Shown here piece after piece: positions 40,042-52,800 of a stretch of DNA of 64,000 nt. How positions within the stretch are numbered: position 1 is the first letter of the stretch; each line of letters opens with the position of its first letter. The stretch lies in contig NC_043018.1 of assembly GCF_006345805.1 (NCBI RefSeq), positions 16,492,001 to 16,556,000 on the forward strand, in the 5' to 3' direction. The DNA is from Octopus sinensis. Its lineage: Eukaryota. Made by a program: the position numbers and the translations under genes. The notes beneath the pieces were generated by a model, which was not told the origin of the DNA, ran no database searches, and worked only from the letters and a program-made list of their open reading frames with translations.

Positions 40042-41694
40042 CATATATATATAAATATATATATGTATGTATGCATGTATGTATGTGTGTGTGTATGTGT
40101 GTATGTGTTTATGTATAAGCATTAGCAATTTGATTAATGTTATGAGATACAATATTTACTAACCCGCAGTGCACTTCGCCAGCTGTGTGAATTAGTAATT
40201 AGAAAACATCATTTCAAACTATATCGAAATTTATATATTCGGTTATGTCAATGTTCTTCTTTGGAGACAAATTTTAAGTTCTTTTTCAGAAACCAACCTA
40301 CGACTGATTCAGACGTGCAAGTCCAAATTGCTGCTTAGATCCTGATTATCCCGGATCTCCAAGTCATTATATCCAATAATATTTTATTTATGACAGCTTT
40401 ATATTTTGTATCGGAGCTTTAATATGAAATAAAATATATACTCTTATAAATAATCGACCTTATGTAAAAAATGGGCATCCTTTTTTAAAATATAATCTGG
40501 AATTTTCTATATATCACGTGTAAATGTAGAATTTTATTTCTTTAGACGTCAGAGTTGCATACGTGTATCAAGAACTTAGGTTAGAGATTTCTTCAAGACT
40601 TTAATTTACCGATATTAGAATAATCAAAGTCAGGCCGTAACATCTCTTTGCAGCACAGCTTAGATTAGATCTCCAATAAGTTTTGCATGATAGATTGAGA
40701 ACTGAGATACCACTAAAGATGCTTGCTTACAATATTAATAGTACTTAATCAGAAATCGGGCTAAGAAAGGCGAGGTTATCTCTGACATAGATGACATTTT
40801 CAATGAAACTTTTATTCTTCTTTTTATCGTTGGATAGTAAGTGTTATCTCCTGTTTACTTCTATTTGGAAACTAAAGGAAATGACTCATGTTCCCTTCAC
40901 ACTTTGCTTTTGTGCCTGGACATCAGTGCCTTCAAATTGAGCCATTTTCTATAACATTTTCGACAGATTCGGGGTTGGTTTGCTGAAGCAATAATATCGT
41001 TTCAGTGATTATTTTGATCAATAACACATATTTGTTCGCCAGTTACTTGACCTTAACCACTTGACGATGTCCTTTAGTGACTGACAATACGTGCATCTCT
41101 GATAATGAGCAGGAGTAGTTGGAGAGCCTGAAAGGGTAAACTTTAGGGTTTGAATCAATGTAAGGACATGCATGTCTGGAGGAAAAATTATTCATTTTGC
41201 ATAGTTTCTAGGGATAAGCAAAGAGGAAATAACAGTTGCTACCTAAGGTCAAAAATCGTCTTACAAACTGTCATAATTTCTGGACGTTAATTAAACGACC
41301 TCAAGTTTCTACGAATATCGGAAAGGAGGTGGGGAATATTGGAACATTATTTATCGCCTCAAAAAGGAGGGAAAGAACAGTTGAACTGCAGGGATTCGAA
41401 CTCAGAATATAGAAGCCTGAATAAATACCAAAAAGCTTTTCCTCTGACTTTTTAAGGCTTCCGCGAAATATGCTGACAGTACACATCTCATATCCTGCAC
41501 TTGGCATTGCAATCGTCAGAGTATCTTCATGATAGATGACAGCAACAGTTTGAAAGAGTAATTGCAGTAAGATTTTTGTCGATGAGAAGTGTAGCTGCAT
41601 GTTTTGACAAATAAAGCCAAAAAGTCGTTCATATGTTTTACTCAACCCATTACTTATCTCTTTCACAAATAGAAGATGATACACACGCACACAC

Positions 41695-41738
<44 letters not shown>

Positions 41739-41773
41739 TATATACATATACATATACATATATATATATATAT

Positions 41774-41823
<50 letters not shown>

Positions 41824-42326
41824 ATATACATATATTTATATATATATATATATATATATGTATTTTGACTACGTATACTTTGTTTCCCTTATATGTAAGT
41901 ACACATTTTACTAAATTTTGAACGACTTCCTCAACACACTCTCTCTCCCCTCTCTCACATTTCTTTGCCTTTCTTACTTTGCCCTTCACTGTGTCACTGT
42001 GTCACTGTCTCTCTTTTTTTCTCACCACTCTTTGATTCTTCCATCTACACACTCTCTCGCTCTCTCTCTCTTCTCCCCCTACTTAATACCTTTCTTCCAA
42101 TTTTTTCTCTCTCATTCTCCCTCTCTGGTTCCTTTGTTCCTCTTCTCTCTCTCTCTCTCTTATATGTTCACGTCACGCCTTGCTAACCCTTAGCCCTTTT
42201 TCGTTTGAACACGGTCACGGACACAGTGAATTACTTCCCTCTGCCGTAAGGCTTAATTCCGAACACGCCAGCTGAATTCAGTTTGTCTCCAGTCGAAAGA
42301 CGTCTGTTATTATGTCCTGTTATTAA

Positions 42327-42375
<49 letters not shown>

Positions 42376-42825
42376 GAGTGAGAGAGCAGTTCATGCCATC
42401 AAAGTGACACTGGGGTAAAATATACGAAGCCCAATATACCCATCATGACTACCCGTCTGATAAAGGTACACCAGGCACATGCATCACAACCATATGTGCG
42501 CGACATGGTGATCTCATATCAAGATAAACAGCACATGACCTTGCAGGTGGGGCCCAGTTAGAATTTTCTTCAGGTTGAGTAGCCCATCCCGCTCAAACGG
42601 TCCCTGAATAAGAGTTGTTTAAGGATGTTGAAAGAACCACCCATGTTTCCAGAGGTGAACTATTCAAACCCCAAAGAATCCCTCTCAACACATGGCTATG
42701 ATGCTCCCCCACTACTTCTGCTCGTGATCAGAGATGCACATATCTTCAGCCACTAAGGGACATGCTCAACTGGTTAAGGTCAAACAACTGACAAGCAAAT
42801 CTGTGGTATTGAGCAGAATTATTAA

Positions 42826-42856
<31 letters not shown>

Positions 42857-43181
42857 GTTGTTGTTGTTTCGTTGTATTATTTTTGTATATATATTCGTGT
42901 AACATCGTACGTTTTTCCGTCCTCGTTTCGTATACATTCGATGCTTTTCTCCAAGGAATCTAATGCTCTTAGATTTGTTTTTATGTGTTAACATTATGTG
43001 TTAGTAATATGTGTTATGTGTATTATGGACATGAAGTGTTTGTGTTTCATGTTAATGTATATATATATGTGTGTGTGTGCGCGTGTGTGTGTGTGTATAT
43101 ATATGTATATGGATTTATATGGATGTATATAAATATATATATGTATATATATATATGCGTATATTCTATATATATATGTAC

Positions 43182-43221
<40 letters not shown>

Positions 43222-43505
43222 AAATAGGAAATGGAACAAAAATGCAAAACATCCGGACAAATAGTTAATACAAAAAGGGACAACAAAACATCCAGATAGA
43301 CGATACAAAAAAACGGAAGGGTCATTCGAAGCATTTAATTTTCAGTCAAGAACCGGATCATCCTCGCAATCACGGCTGATTAATCCTGAGATTACTTCAA
43401 TCTGGCCAGTCCCAAGGAAAAACAAATCTAAGAGCATTAGATTCCTTGGAGAAAAGCATCGAATGTATACGAAACGAGGACGGAAAAACGTACGATGTTA
43501 CACGA

Positions 43506-43536
<31 letters not shown>

Positions 43537-43559
43537 AATTTATATATGTATATTTATAT

Positions 43560-44311
43560 ATATGTACAGTGTGCATTTAAACACAAAAGAGGTGTCTATC
43601 ATAGGCTACTTGCACGTTAGAGAGGATAGTTAAATTCCAAACCACTATTCGGGATGTTTTACTTTCCATTCCATTCGAAATTTTATCCATAAAATCTGAC
43701 CTGTCTAGCGTGCAGGTATCCGTATGATGGATACACCTTTTTTGTTTATATGTAAACTGCATTTATATGAATAACATATAATCTATTGAGTAAATGTTTT
43801 ACACGCTAGGTCACTTGTAATGGAAATTTCTAATATTTCAGATTACCCTTTAATATTATTCATTAGTGATAAATTATTTCTTGGATAATTTTCGAAATAA
43901 AAAGCCGGCATATTCATTTATAGACGAGAGGGAGCTGCGCTTGTTCGGTGATTTGAAAATATTAGAATATATAAGCACGAAGCAGATACTGCATTGCCTC
44001 GTGTATATATATTTAATCTAAGATGTACCTGCTGAAGAAGCCTTCGCCGAGCAAATTATTTTATTTGCTAAAAAACGTCTGAAATCATTGGTCCAGGTGT
44101 TAGATGGTAAATGTTTAAATTTTTCTTTCCATTTTGAATTTTATCCCTAATGGTGGTTTGGAACTTAACTCTCCTCTCTATGATGGATACCTCATTTGTG
44201 CTTAAATGTACACAATGTTTATGTGAGTAATATTTAGTCCATTGGCAAAATTTTCTATATGCTAGGCCTCTGGATATGGACATATTTCAAATTACTCATT
44301 GATATAATTAA

Positions 44312-44356
<45 letters not shown>

Positions 44357-44429
44357 TATAAAAGTGTGTGTGTGTGTATGTGTGTGTGTATGTCTATATT
44401 TATGTATATATGTATGTATGTATGTATGC

Positions 44430-44519
<90 letters not shown>

Positions 44520-45390
44520 ATGTATTTAATTATTTGACATACTTGGTTCAATTTTGCAACCTCACTCTAGGAGATGCGGAAGACATCGTGATCACTCGCC
44601 TGGCAACGAATTACTGAAAATTCATCATCGTATCAAGTGCAGCATTCTTAAGAAAGGAACGTCAGTGTGCACAGTTGGAACTTATACATATTATATCTGT
44701 CAAAATGAAGTTGGAAGTGATCATAACTCAATCACCTGTCGATCATATCTCAATCATCTGTCGGCTCGACTACGATTGTCCGATGAACAACATCACAACA
44801 TCAATAAATACTTTTGACAAGGGACCAACCTTGCTGCAACGGTTGCTACTCCGGGTGTCACCTTCCATAATCACGAGGAGAGAACAATCAAGAAACATTT
44901 GGTCCTCACTGGCTACTATCAGTTTGTACCGGTTACGTCGAGACCTCAGTTGTTCTTGGACTTCATTCCTAACTGAGGGATGAAGACCATTGGATTAATG
45001 AGCGTCAAGAAGTGGTTGCTGCAAAGTTCATCGCGGCAACGCCATCACGGCCACTACTGCGAGGCCCAGCTGAGATTCTTAACCTTTATATGTCTGTCTA
45101 TAAGTAAATGCTTAAGTTCTTGAAGTTGTATAGCATGTCACATTTGTGTATATAGTTTTGGCTAAATTAGCCTGCAAGAAAATAGTAATAAGAATATGAA
45201 GACAACCTCTCATGTGTTTGTGTTTGTGCAATCCAAGAATGGAAAATATACGCGCACATGCAAACACATATCTCTATGATAATCTACTTTTTCGTTCGCC
45301 CATTATATATTAACTAGCAGTATCACTCGGCGTTGCTCGGCTTTATTTCGACCCTTTAGAATTAGAATTTTTGAAAAGTAATAATCTTTG
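43560..45390 (-). pseudogene. Remnant of a further unit from which all coding exons have been deleted
   Basis: Downstream GC-rich block ends at ...cagctgag (45074) and joins directly to intron sequence (attcttaacc...), then jumps to the next unit's downstream block at ~45390. Confidence 0.7.
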
Positions 45391-45843
45391 AAAGTATTAG
45401 AATATATAAGCACGAAGCAGATACTGCATTGCCTCGTGTGTATATATTTAATCTAAGTTGTAAGAAGTCTTCACCGAGCAAATTATTTTATTTCCTAAAA
45501 AACGTCTGAAATCATTGGTCCAGGTGTTAGATGGTAAATGTTTAAGTTTTTCTTTCCATTTTGAATTTTATCCCTAATGGTGGTTTGGAACTTAACTCTC
45601 CTCTCTATGATGGATACCTCATTTGTGCTTAAAGGTACACAATATTTATGTGAGTAATATTTAGTCCATTGGCAAAATTTTCTATATGCTAGGCCTCTGG
45701 ATATGGAAATATTTCAAATTACTCATTGATATAATTAATTATATATATATATATATACATATATATAAAAGTGTGTGTGTGTGTATGTGGGTGTGTATGT
45801 CTATATTTATGTATATATGTATGTATGTATGTATGTATGCATG

Positions 45844-45890
<47 letters not shown>

Positions 45891-46056
45891 TGTGTGTGTG
45901 TGTGTGTGGTATCAATTACTCATTGATATTATTAATTATATATATATATATATACATATATATAAAAGTGTGTGTGTGTGTATGTGGGTGTGTATGTCTA
46001 TATTTATGTATATATGTATGTATATATGTATGTATGCATGTATAATATATATATAT

Positions 46057-46097
<41 letters not shown>

Positions 46098-46308
46098 GTG
46101 TGCGTGTGTATGTATGTATGTATTTGACATCCTTGGTTCAATTTTGTAACCTCAGGCAAGGAGATGCGGAAGACATCCTGATCACTCGCCTGGCAACGAA
46201 TTACTGAAAACTCATCATCGTATCAAGTGCAGCATTCTTAAGAATGGAACGACGGTGTGCACAGTGGGAACCTATGCACATTATATCTGTCTAAACGAAG
46301 CTGGAAAT

Positions 46309-46396
46309 GATCATAACTCAATCACCTGTCGATCATAACTCAATCACCTGTCGATCATAACTCAATCACCTGTCGATCATAACTCAATCACCTGTC
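46309..46396 (+). repeat. 22-bp minisatellite (GATCATAACTCAATCACCTGTC)x4 inside the downstream GC-rich block
   Basis: Four tandem copies here, three at ~53920-53987, several degenerate copies at ~29190-29340 (inverted), one or two in other units. Confidence 0.85.
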
Positions 46397-47410
46397 TGCT
46401 CGACTACGACTGTCCGATGAACAACACCACAACATCAATAAATATTTTTTTGACAAGGGACCAACCTTGCTGTGGCGGCTGCCACTCCGGGTGTCACCTT
46501 CCATAATCACGAGTAGAGAACATTCAAGAAATATTTGGTCCTCACTGGCTACTATCAGTTTGTACCGGTTACGTCGAGACCTCAGGTGTTCTTGGACTTC
46601 ATTCCGAACTGAGGGATGAAGACCATTGGATTAATGAGCCTCAAGAAGTGGTTGCTGCAAAGTTCATCGCGGCAAATCCATCACGGCCACTACTGCGAGG
46701 CCCAGCTGAGTACACTATTCGATCTGGGTTATGTGACACATCACTCCTCCCCTCAATTTCTACTGGTTCACCTTTTTTTCCACTGTTTTCTTTTCTTATC
46801 TCTTATTTTTTCCCATTTCTTTTTTAAACTTTATAAAATAGAACTCGTAGAATATATGTTTTTACAATAATATAGCATAACACTGCAATGTAAATTCTTA
46901 CCATTCATATCGATAACTTAAAGGCAAACACCACAGCGAAGAACAAACCATAAATACTTTGATACCCTTCAATAACTTACAAACAGTGAAAAACGAAGCA
47001 CAAAGTGTTCTGCAATGCTTGATTAATTTTATTTAATTGATATTTCATTAGAATTTGACGGAATAATCGCATAAAGATATTAGATATTAAATACATTCGT
47101 CGTATTAATTTAGGTTTGTAAGAAAAGTCACAGTTGTATGTTATGGTTTGCAGATTTTCTCTTCTTTTACCATTTCAGTTGTTGGTGCAACACAAGTGAA
47201 ATTTCTTTACAGGATAAATTACAAAATCAAACTTCTGCTCGTTAATATTTTATATTCCACTATGACTCTTGATGTTTATTCATAGTTTTCTACTCTCATA
47301 GTATTTGAGGATTGGTTAAATTTCAAAATTGAAAAAGTAGTAGATTTTCTCCTTCTATAAAAACAATGTGACCTATGACCTTTATCCACAAGATTCAAAA
47401 GAGCAGAACG

Positions 47411-47609
47411 TCAATAAATTGATAATTTTACAAGGAAAACGAGAATAGGGATTATACTTTGGCGTATGCTGTTATGAGTGCCACGCGTGTTATTTTCTTT
47501 AATGCACTTGCATATCGGTTTTTTCCCACAGCAGCAGGTACATACCAAACCTCGGCAGCAATCCTGGTTTGGATTAGAAGTGTAACACATATACCTTGAA
47601 CAAGATTCC
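47411..47609 (-). pseudogene. Gene 5, orphan mature-peptide exon (10 Cys) with intact frame; its own pro and signal exons are deleted. Pseudogene or alternative terminal exon of gene 6
   Basis: tgtatttacag|G then ESCSRYMCYTSNPNQDCCRGLVCTCCCGKKPICKCIKENNTRGTHNSIRQSIIPILVFLVKLSIY*. Upstream deletion junction at 50646-50650. Confidence 0.75.
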
Positions 47610-47885
47610 CTGTAAATACAGAATATTGTAGTGAAATAAGAAACTCATTAAATTATGATTTCTCGTTAGGGAAGAAGTTCTTGCATTTTATTGACTTCGA
47701 GAAAACCAACGGGATGCGAACGTACAGCATGCAGAACCGAAACAAATAGGACGGGTCATATTTTTCCGTTCCTTCGAAAATTGTCATTTGTACTTTCTCC
47801 AGTATTTAAAAAAAAAACCAAGTCTATGAATATATATTTCCCGAATTTTATAAGTAGATATGTAGATGTAGACAGTGATATGGTA

Positions 47886-48374
47886 ATTCTTTTCTACTCT
47901 TGGCACAAGGCCCGAAATGTTTGGGGGGGGGTAGTGGGGCCAGTGGAATAGATCGAACCCAGTAAACAACTGGTACTTAATTTATCCACCCTGAAATGAC
48001 GAAAGGCAAAGTCGACCTCGGCGGAATTTGAACTCAGAACGTAGAGACAGACGAAAATACTGCTTAACACCTCGCCCGGCGTGCTAACGTTTCTGCCGTT
48101 TCACCGCCTTAGTGACAGAGTAATTAATAAGTAAATTGTGTTAATAGTTAAAGGGGAAAGGCTGTGAGCTGGCAGAATCATTGGCACGCGGGGTTATATG
48201 CTTAGAGGTATTTCGTCTGCTGCTACTTTCTGAGTTCAAATTCCGCCGAGGTCGACATTGCCTTTCATCCTTTCGGGTTCGATAAATTAAGTAACTGTTG
48301 CGTACTGGGTTCGATCTAATCGACTGGCCCATTGCCCCAACATTTCGGGCCTTGTACAAAGAGTAGAAAAGAAT
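47886..48374. mobile_element. Inverted SINE-A pair upstream of gene 5 exon
   Basis: Same arrangement. Confidence 0.75.
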
Positions 48375-49850
48375 AGTTAGAAGGAAGGTAATAAGTTGAG
48401 TATTGATGTATGTCAGTTAATAATCGCCACCAAGACTTGCCTAGTACTAATTCTTTATCTTTTGCCGAACCGCTACGTTACGGTGATGAAAACACACCAG
48501 GATCGGTTATCAAGCGATGCTGGGAAAACAATATATACATGCATACGTACATACACATATATATATATATACGACGAGCTTCTTTCAGTTTCCGTCTACC
48601 AAATCCACTCACAAAGATTTGGTCAGGCCAGTTATGCTCTATGTTCGAAGTTATCGTCACTGTTGTGACAAAATAGTGATTGATTTTAACCGAGATTTTC
48701 TCGTCTGCAACTGGGAAATCAAAGCTGCATTGTATGTGGTAAAATTTCTTTTGTTACGGTCATTATTGTTTGTCCTGTCTACTTCTCTACGCATCCTAAA
48801 TAAGATGTGAAAACGACGTTTCCAAAAGAAGACACAACACAATACTCCATTTTGAAAATAACTTTTGAAATGGGATTCTTAACCTTTATATGCTTTTCAA
48901 ATCTGATTACTTTGGTATATTTGTCTCTGTATCAAATAAAAGGAAAGAAAGAAAGAGAAACTGACTTTCTTGCCTCGTTGCTTCATTGTCATTTATTAAG
49001 GATGGACATTAATGTCTGTCTATAAGTAAATGCTTAAGTTCTTGAAGTTGTATAGCATGTCACATTTGTGTGTATAGTTTTGGCTAAATTAGCCTGCAAG
49101 AAAATAGTAATATGAATATGAAGACAACATATCATGTGTTTGTGTAGGTGACCGCTACATTACATCACACATTGTGCAATCCAAGACCGGAAAATATACG
49201 CGCACATGCAAACACATATCTCTATGATAATCTACTTGTTCGTTCGCCCATTATATATTAACTAGCAGTATCACTCGGCGTTGCTCGGCTTTATTTCGAC
49301 CCTTTAGAATTAGAATTTTTGAAAAGTAATAATCTTGCATTATATAGTTTGTTATTCTCTTTAAGTGAACATTTTTCATGGTTGAAATGGCAACACAGCA
49401 ATCAGAAAATCGTAAAAAGTAGGGATTTTCATAGAAAAAAAAGCACCTTTGTGATGTGAATCATTTTTGGTGTTAACATGGCTCGACTTGAAGTGTTCCG
49501 TCTACTGAAGAAAGAGCAAGCCTTCTTCTACCATACTCTCAATTTTGGTCAACTTGCGCCGCAGGGTCTCGGAGGAGAGAGTGTTAAGTTGAAGGCTACC
49601 AAACCTGCCACGCACAGACAACTTCAGCTTTGTATATAGAGATAGATTAGTTCGAAAGGTGAAGGTGGAGTGGGTGCGAGGTGGAGTAAGACTGAGTAGA
49701 AGAGAGAGACGGAGGAGTGAAGAAAAAGAGAAGAAGTAGAGAGAAGTGATTAATATTAATATAATTAAGACAAAGGCGTTGATTGGTGTGCTGAAGGGTG
49801 AGGCGATGAACGAGAGAAAAAGAGAATACGAGGGAGAGAGGAAGAGAGAA

Positions 49851-49908
<58 letters not shown>

Positions 49909-51268
49909 CAACAAATGTGATGATGGTGTTTTGATAGTGAAAATTATCTATTTTTATAAACTAATTTTTTTCTCATAGTGACCATTGCTTATCGCATAAG
50001 TGTAGTTATTTATTATGTGCTCGCTTAAAATTTGATATTTGTTCATAAAGGCCAACTCTGGATTCACAGGAAATACAGTTACAAGCTGCTCGAGAAAGAA
50101 TGAGCAGACATGGAGCACGGATCAGAGGGGGAAAGAGGTAAAAATAATGCAGTCGATGACGTGAGGAAATGGATGCAAACAAACTTCTAGAATATTTAAA
50201 GAATCCTCCTTCCTCTCTTGATCAGGTCTTCTTAACTTTTTCCATTCCGTGGAATTTCGACAGGTCACAATAGTAGACATATATAATAGAATTCCATTCA
50301 TTTTCCTCTACCAAATTCATTCAGCTGGTATTGTCAAACGATATTGGGAGGGGGGGCGGACAAACACAGACGCTCAAACATATACACACACCAACATATA
50401 TAAATACATTTATACGACGAGCTTCTTTCAGTTTCCGTCTACCAAATCCACTCATAACGATTTGGTCGGCCCGAGGCTATAGTAGGAGACACTTGCCTAA
50501 GTTGCCACGCAGTGGGACTGAACCCGGAACCATGTGTTTGGTAAGCAAGCTCCTTACCACGCAGCCACTCCTATATTACTCCTGAAAATTTTTTCTATCG
50601 TCTCCCATGTTATATTCCACTTTCATATTCTCTTTTACACCAAAACTACATTCATATTTAGATATAGCGTTGTTACCAAACACTCACGCACGGACACACG
50701 CACATACAGACACACACACACACACACACACGCCAACTAAAAAAGGCTATATGAAAAACACATTGTTATGACTGCTATGACAAGGCTATTCCAGAACTAG
50801 AATGTATTCACACGATTTAAAATAAAGAATACTCGTCAATCAACTCAATACAAACAACCCACGGATAGCAAAATTGTTCAAATAGTGTTCCATGGAAAAG
50901 AGGGTAGCAGTTGGCCAGTGTTGCAAAGATCAGCAGTTTGTTGGATGTGAATGTTTTAACATAAAGTAAGAAAATAGGAAAATCTTTCGTAAAATAATGA
51001 GAAATGTATAAGACAAACATCCAGCCAAAATAGGTTCACTTGTTTCTTTGAAAACGATTTACGTTAATTAAAAAACAAAATTTACAAAAGCTCGACTTCA
51101 TCCAAATTTAAGGGGTCAACTGATTCCCTTTCATCAAATACAATCGATGTTTACTCCGGTGTTTACTCCGGTATATATATGTATAGATATATATGCATGT
51201 ATGTATGTATATGCCTGCTGCCATTGATATATATATATAAATATATACATATATATATATATATTTAC

Positions 51269-51322
<54 letters not shown>

Positions 51323-52082
51323 ACATTGTGCATTTAAACATAAAAGAGGTATGTATAATAGGGTACTTGCACGCTAGAGAGGACAGTTAAATTCCAAACC
51401 ACTATTCGGGGTGTTTTACTTTCCATTCCATTCGAAATTTTATCCCTAATACGTGTTCCTCTAGCGTGCAGGTATCCCTATCATGGATACATCATTTGTG
51501 TTTAAACGTACACTGCATTTATATGAATAACATAATCTATTGAGTAAATGTTTTACACGCTATGTCACTTGTAATGGAAATTTCTAATATTTCAGATTAC
51601 CCTTTAATATTATTAATTAGTGATAAATTATTTCTTGGATAATTTTCGAAATAAAAAGCCGTAATATTTATTTACAGACGAGAGGGAGCTGCGCTTGCGT
51701 GGTAGATGTGAAACTATTAGAATGTATAAGCACGAGGCAGATACTGGATTGCCTCGTGTATATATATTTAATCTAAGATGTACCTGCTGAAGAAGCCTTC
51801 GCCGAGCAAACTATTTTATTTGCTAAAAAACGTCTGAAATCATTGGTCCAGGATTTAGATGGTAAATGTTTAAATTTGTCTTTCCATTTTAAATTTTATC
51901 CCTAATGATGGTTTGGAATTTAACTCTCCTCTCTATGATGGATACCTCTTTTGTCTTTAAATGTACATAGTATTTCTATGAGTAATATTTAGTCCACTGG
52001 GTACATTTCTATATGCTATGCCACTGGTCATGGAAACATTTCAAATTAGCCATTGATATAATTAATTATATATATATATATA

Positions 52083-52146
<64 letters not shown>

Positions 52147-52735
52147 ATATATATGTGTGGTGTGGTGTGTATGTGTGCGTGTGTGTGTATGTGTATGTGT
52201 ATGTATTTAATTATTTGACATACTCGGTTCAATTTTGCAACCTCAGGCAAGGAGATGCGGAAGACATCGTGATCACTCCCCTGGCAGCAATTTACTGAAA
52301 ACTCATCATCTAATGAAGTGCAGCCTTCTTAAGAATGGAACGACGGTGTGCACAGTTGGAACTTATACATATTATATCTAGGGAAGCAGTTGGCCAGTGT
52401 TGCAAAGATCAGCAGTTTGTTGGATGTGAATGTTTTAACATAAAGTAAGAAAATGGGAAAATCTTTCGTAAAATAATGAGAAATGTATAACACAAACATC
52501 CAGCCAAAATAGGTTCACTTGTTTCTTTGAAAACGATTTACGTTAATTAAAAAACAAAATTTACAAAAGCTCGACTTCATCCAAAACTTAAGTGGTTAAC
52601 TGATTCCCTTTCATCAAATGAAATCGATGTTTACTCCGGTGTTTACTCCGGTATATATATATATGTATAGATATATGCATGTATGTATGTATATGCCTGC
52701 TGCCATCGATATATATATATATATATAATATATAC

Positions 52736-52800
<65 letters not shown>

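Noticed and set aside
46309-46396. Short direct repeats resembling a CRISPR array
   Set aside because: Head-to-tail minisatellite with no unique spacers, in eukaryotic DNA with no cas genes.
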